A DNA stretch of 64,000 nucleotides from an uncultured Lachnospiraceae bacterium (lineage in GTDB: Bacteria > Bacillota > Clostridia > Christensenellales > UBA1242), in NCBI GenBank assembly GCA_964646345.1, contig CAZYDU010000004.1:1256-65255 (forward strand), read 5' to 3'. Positions 62,022-64,000 of this stretch are shown here, piece after piece; the stretch's first letter is position 1; each line of letters starts with the position of its first letter. The notes beneath the pieces are model-generated. The model made no database searches and was not told where the DNA came from. It saw only the letters and a list, made by a program, of their open reading frames with translations. The position numbers were made by a program, and so were the translations under genes.

Positions 62022-63818
62022 ATGAAAACTACACTAGATAATATTAGAAATTTCTCAATCATTGCTCACATTGACCATGGAAAAAGCACGCTTGCTGATA
62101 GGCTTATGGAATTAACAGGTACAGTTGCCGAACGTGATAGCAAACAACAGCTCCTAGACTCAATGGATATTGAACGTGAAAGGGGAATAACAATTAAATT
62201 AACACCCGTTACTATGAAATACTCAAAAGACGGTAAAGAATATATCTTGAACCTTATTGACACACCTGGACATGTTGACTTTACTTATGAAGTGTCAAGG
62301 TCTTTGGCAGCTTGTGAAGGTGCTCTTTTGATTGTTGATGCAACGCAAGGTGTACAGGCTCAAACCCTTGCAAATTTCTATCTGGCTTTTGAAAACAACT
62401 TGGAAGTTTTGCCTGTTATTAATAAAATGGATTTACCTTCAGCTAGACCTGAAGAAGCAAAAAGTGATATTGAAAATATTATAGGTATTCCTGCTGACGA
62501 TGCTCCATGTATTTCTGCAAAAACCGGTCTCAATATAAAGCAAGTTCTAGACCAGATTGTGGATAAAATTCCAGCACCAGTTGGAGATAGTGATGCACCG
62601 CTTCAAGCACTTATTTTTGATAGTTATTATGATAACTATAAAGGTGCTGTGTGTTTAGTTCGAATTATGAATGGTCAAGTTAAGACTGGAACAAAAATTA
62701 AAATGCTTCAAACAGGCAAAGAATTTGATGTTGTTGAAGTTGGTGTCTTTAAACCAAAACTAGAAAGGACTGAATCTTTACAAGCAGGCGATGTTGGTTA
62801 TATTTCGGCTAGTATTAAAACTGTATCCGATATTAGCGTTGGCGACACAATAACAGAACTTGACAGACAAGCAGAGCAATTACCTGGTTATAGAAAAATT
62901 CAACCAGTTGTTTACTCTGGAATATTCCCAATAGATGGGGAAAAATACAACGCACTAAAAGACGCACTTGAAAAAATTAAGTTATCAGATGCATCTCTTG
63001 TATTCACACCTGAAACTTCAAATGCTCTTGGCTATGGTTTTAGATGTGGATTTTTGGGATTATTGCATCTTGAAATCATAAGCGAAAGATTGGAAAGAGA
63101 ATTCAATTTGGACGTTATCACAACCATGCCAAGTGTTACTTATAGAGTCTTTAACCGCAAGGGAGAAATGATTGAAATTTCAAACCCTAGTGATATGCCT
63201 GATGCGGATTCCATTGAACATATTGAAGAACCTTTCATAAAGGCTGAAATCTTCTCGCCACCTGAATATGTTGGTGCTATTATGGATTTGGGCATAAACA
63301 AACGTGGCATATATAAAGATATGCAATATTTGGCTGAAAATAGAGTCCGTTTGGATTTTGATTTTCCGCTATGTGAAGTTGTTTACGATTTCTTTGACAA
63401 GCTAAAATCCGCAACCCACGGTTATGCTAGCTTTGACTATGAAATGTCAGGATATCAAAAAAGCGATATGGTTAAGGTTGACATGCTCTTGAATGGCGAA
63501 CCATGTGATGCTTTATCTTTAATCGCTCACAAAACCCGTGCTTATGATAGGTCTAGAGCAATTACTGAAAAATTAAAAGAAGTTGTTCCAAGACAACTTT
63601 TTGAAATTCCTATTCAGGCAGCGATTGGCGGTAAAATCATAGCAAGAGAAACCGTTAAAGCTCTTAGAAAGGACGTTATTGCAAAATGTTATGGCGGTGA
63701 CGTTACAAGAAAACGCAAACTTCTCGAAAAACAAAAAGAAGGTAAGAAAAAAATGAAACGTTTGGGTTCTGTTGAACTTCCAAGCGAAGCATTTTTAAGT
63801 ATTTTAAAAATTGATTAA
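62022..63818 (+). CDS. lepA: Elongation factor 4 (LepA)
   Basis: [32 protein letters not shown], and the LepA-specific C-terminal block [47 protein letters not shown]. Confidence 0.95.
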   Translation: MKTTLDNIRNFSIIAHIDHGKSTLADRLMELTGTVAERDSKQQLLDSMDIERERGITIKLTPVTMKYSKDGKEYILNLIDTPGHVDFTYEVSRSLAACEGALLIVDATQGVQAQTLANFYLAFENNLEVLPVINKMDLPSARPEEAKSDIENIIGIPADDAPCISAKTGLNIKQVLDQIVDKIPAPVGDSDAPLQALIFDSYYDNYKGAVCLVRIMNGQVKTGTKIKMLQTGKEFDVVEVGVFKPKLERTESLQAGDVGYISASIKTVSDISVGDTITELDRQAEQLPGYRKIQPVVYSGIFPIDGEKYNALKDALEKIKLSDASLVFTPETSNALGYGFRCGFLGLLHLEIISERLEREFNLDVITTMPSVTYRVFNRKGEMIEISNPSDMPDADSIEHIEEPFIKAEIFSPPEYVGAIMDLGINKRGIYKDMQYLAENRVRLDFDFPLCEVVYDFFDKLKSATHGYASFDYEMSGYQKSDMVKVDMLLNGEPCDALSLIAHKTRAYDRSRAITEKLKEVVPRQLFEIPIQAAIGGKIIARETVKALRKDVIAKCYGGDVTRKRKLLEKQKEGKKKMKRLGSVELPSEAFLSILKID

Positions 63819-63829
63819 AGGAAAAAATT

Positions 63830-64000
63830 ATGGCAGTTAATGATTTAGGTGTTAGTATTTATGATACAGGTAGAAAAACTTTGAGTCTTTATATTCACAT
63901 TCCTTTTTGTAACTCAAAATGTAAATATTGCGCCTTTGTTTCAACAGTTGCAACAGAAGACGATAAAAAACGCTATTTTGTTGACTTATTGAACGAAATA
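63830..64000 (+). CDS. hemW: Radical SAM heme chaperone HemW / oxygen-independent coproporphyrinogen oxidase-like protein (5' part only; runs off the window)
   Basis: LSLYIHIPFCNSKCKYCAF carries the CxxxCxxC radical SAM motif. Its position immediately downstream of lepA is typical of Bacillota. Confidence 0.7.
   Translation, partial: MAVNDLGVSIYDTGRKTLSLYIHIPFCNSKCKYCAFVSTVATEDDKKRYFVDLLNEI

Overview
This is an A+T-rich chromosome segment of Bacillota type. It reads with the standard genetic code: TGA is a stop at 44179-44181 and 48519-48521, and TGG encodes Trp. Half of the window (3587-35353, minus strand) is one uninterrupted gene. It encodes a predicted lipoprotein of about 10,588 aa with a C-terminal transmembrane hairpin. 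The protein is rich in Tyr/Asn/Ser/Thr and carries dispersed Listeria-Bacteroides (Flg_new)-like G-W-Y beta-domain motifs. Genes for proteins with a signal peptide, SH3b-like domains and a C-terminal TM helix flank it on both sides. It is divergently paired with a sigma-70 region-4-like regulator. Clusters of a GC-rich REP/MITE-like repeat family bracket the pair, and this family recurs at four intergenic gene 3' ends in the window. From 37.6 to 49.6 kb (plus strand) lies a compact, translationally coupled phage-derived module: large terminase, TerS-like fragment, portal, scaffold, major capsid, six orphan proteins and a holin-like protein. I could not recognise any integrase, replication, repressor, tail-tube/tape-measure or endolysin gene in it. 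It runs directly into housekeeping genes: rnj, a trmR/trhP-like tRNA-modification pair, a NIF3-cap-like protein, pro-sigma-K, rnpB (with a consensus promoter and a terminator), rarA, helD, a pnuC-like gene, a GDPD esterase, lepA and the start of hemW. I saw no tRNA, rRNA or CRISPR array. All functional calls rest on motif recognition and synteny only; no database search was possible.
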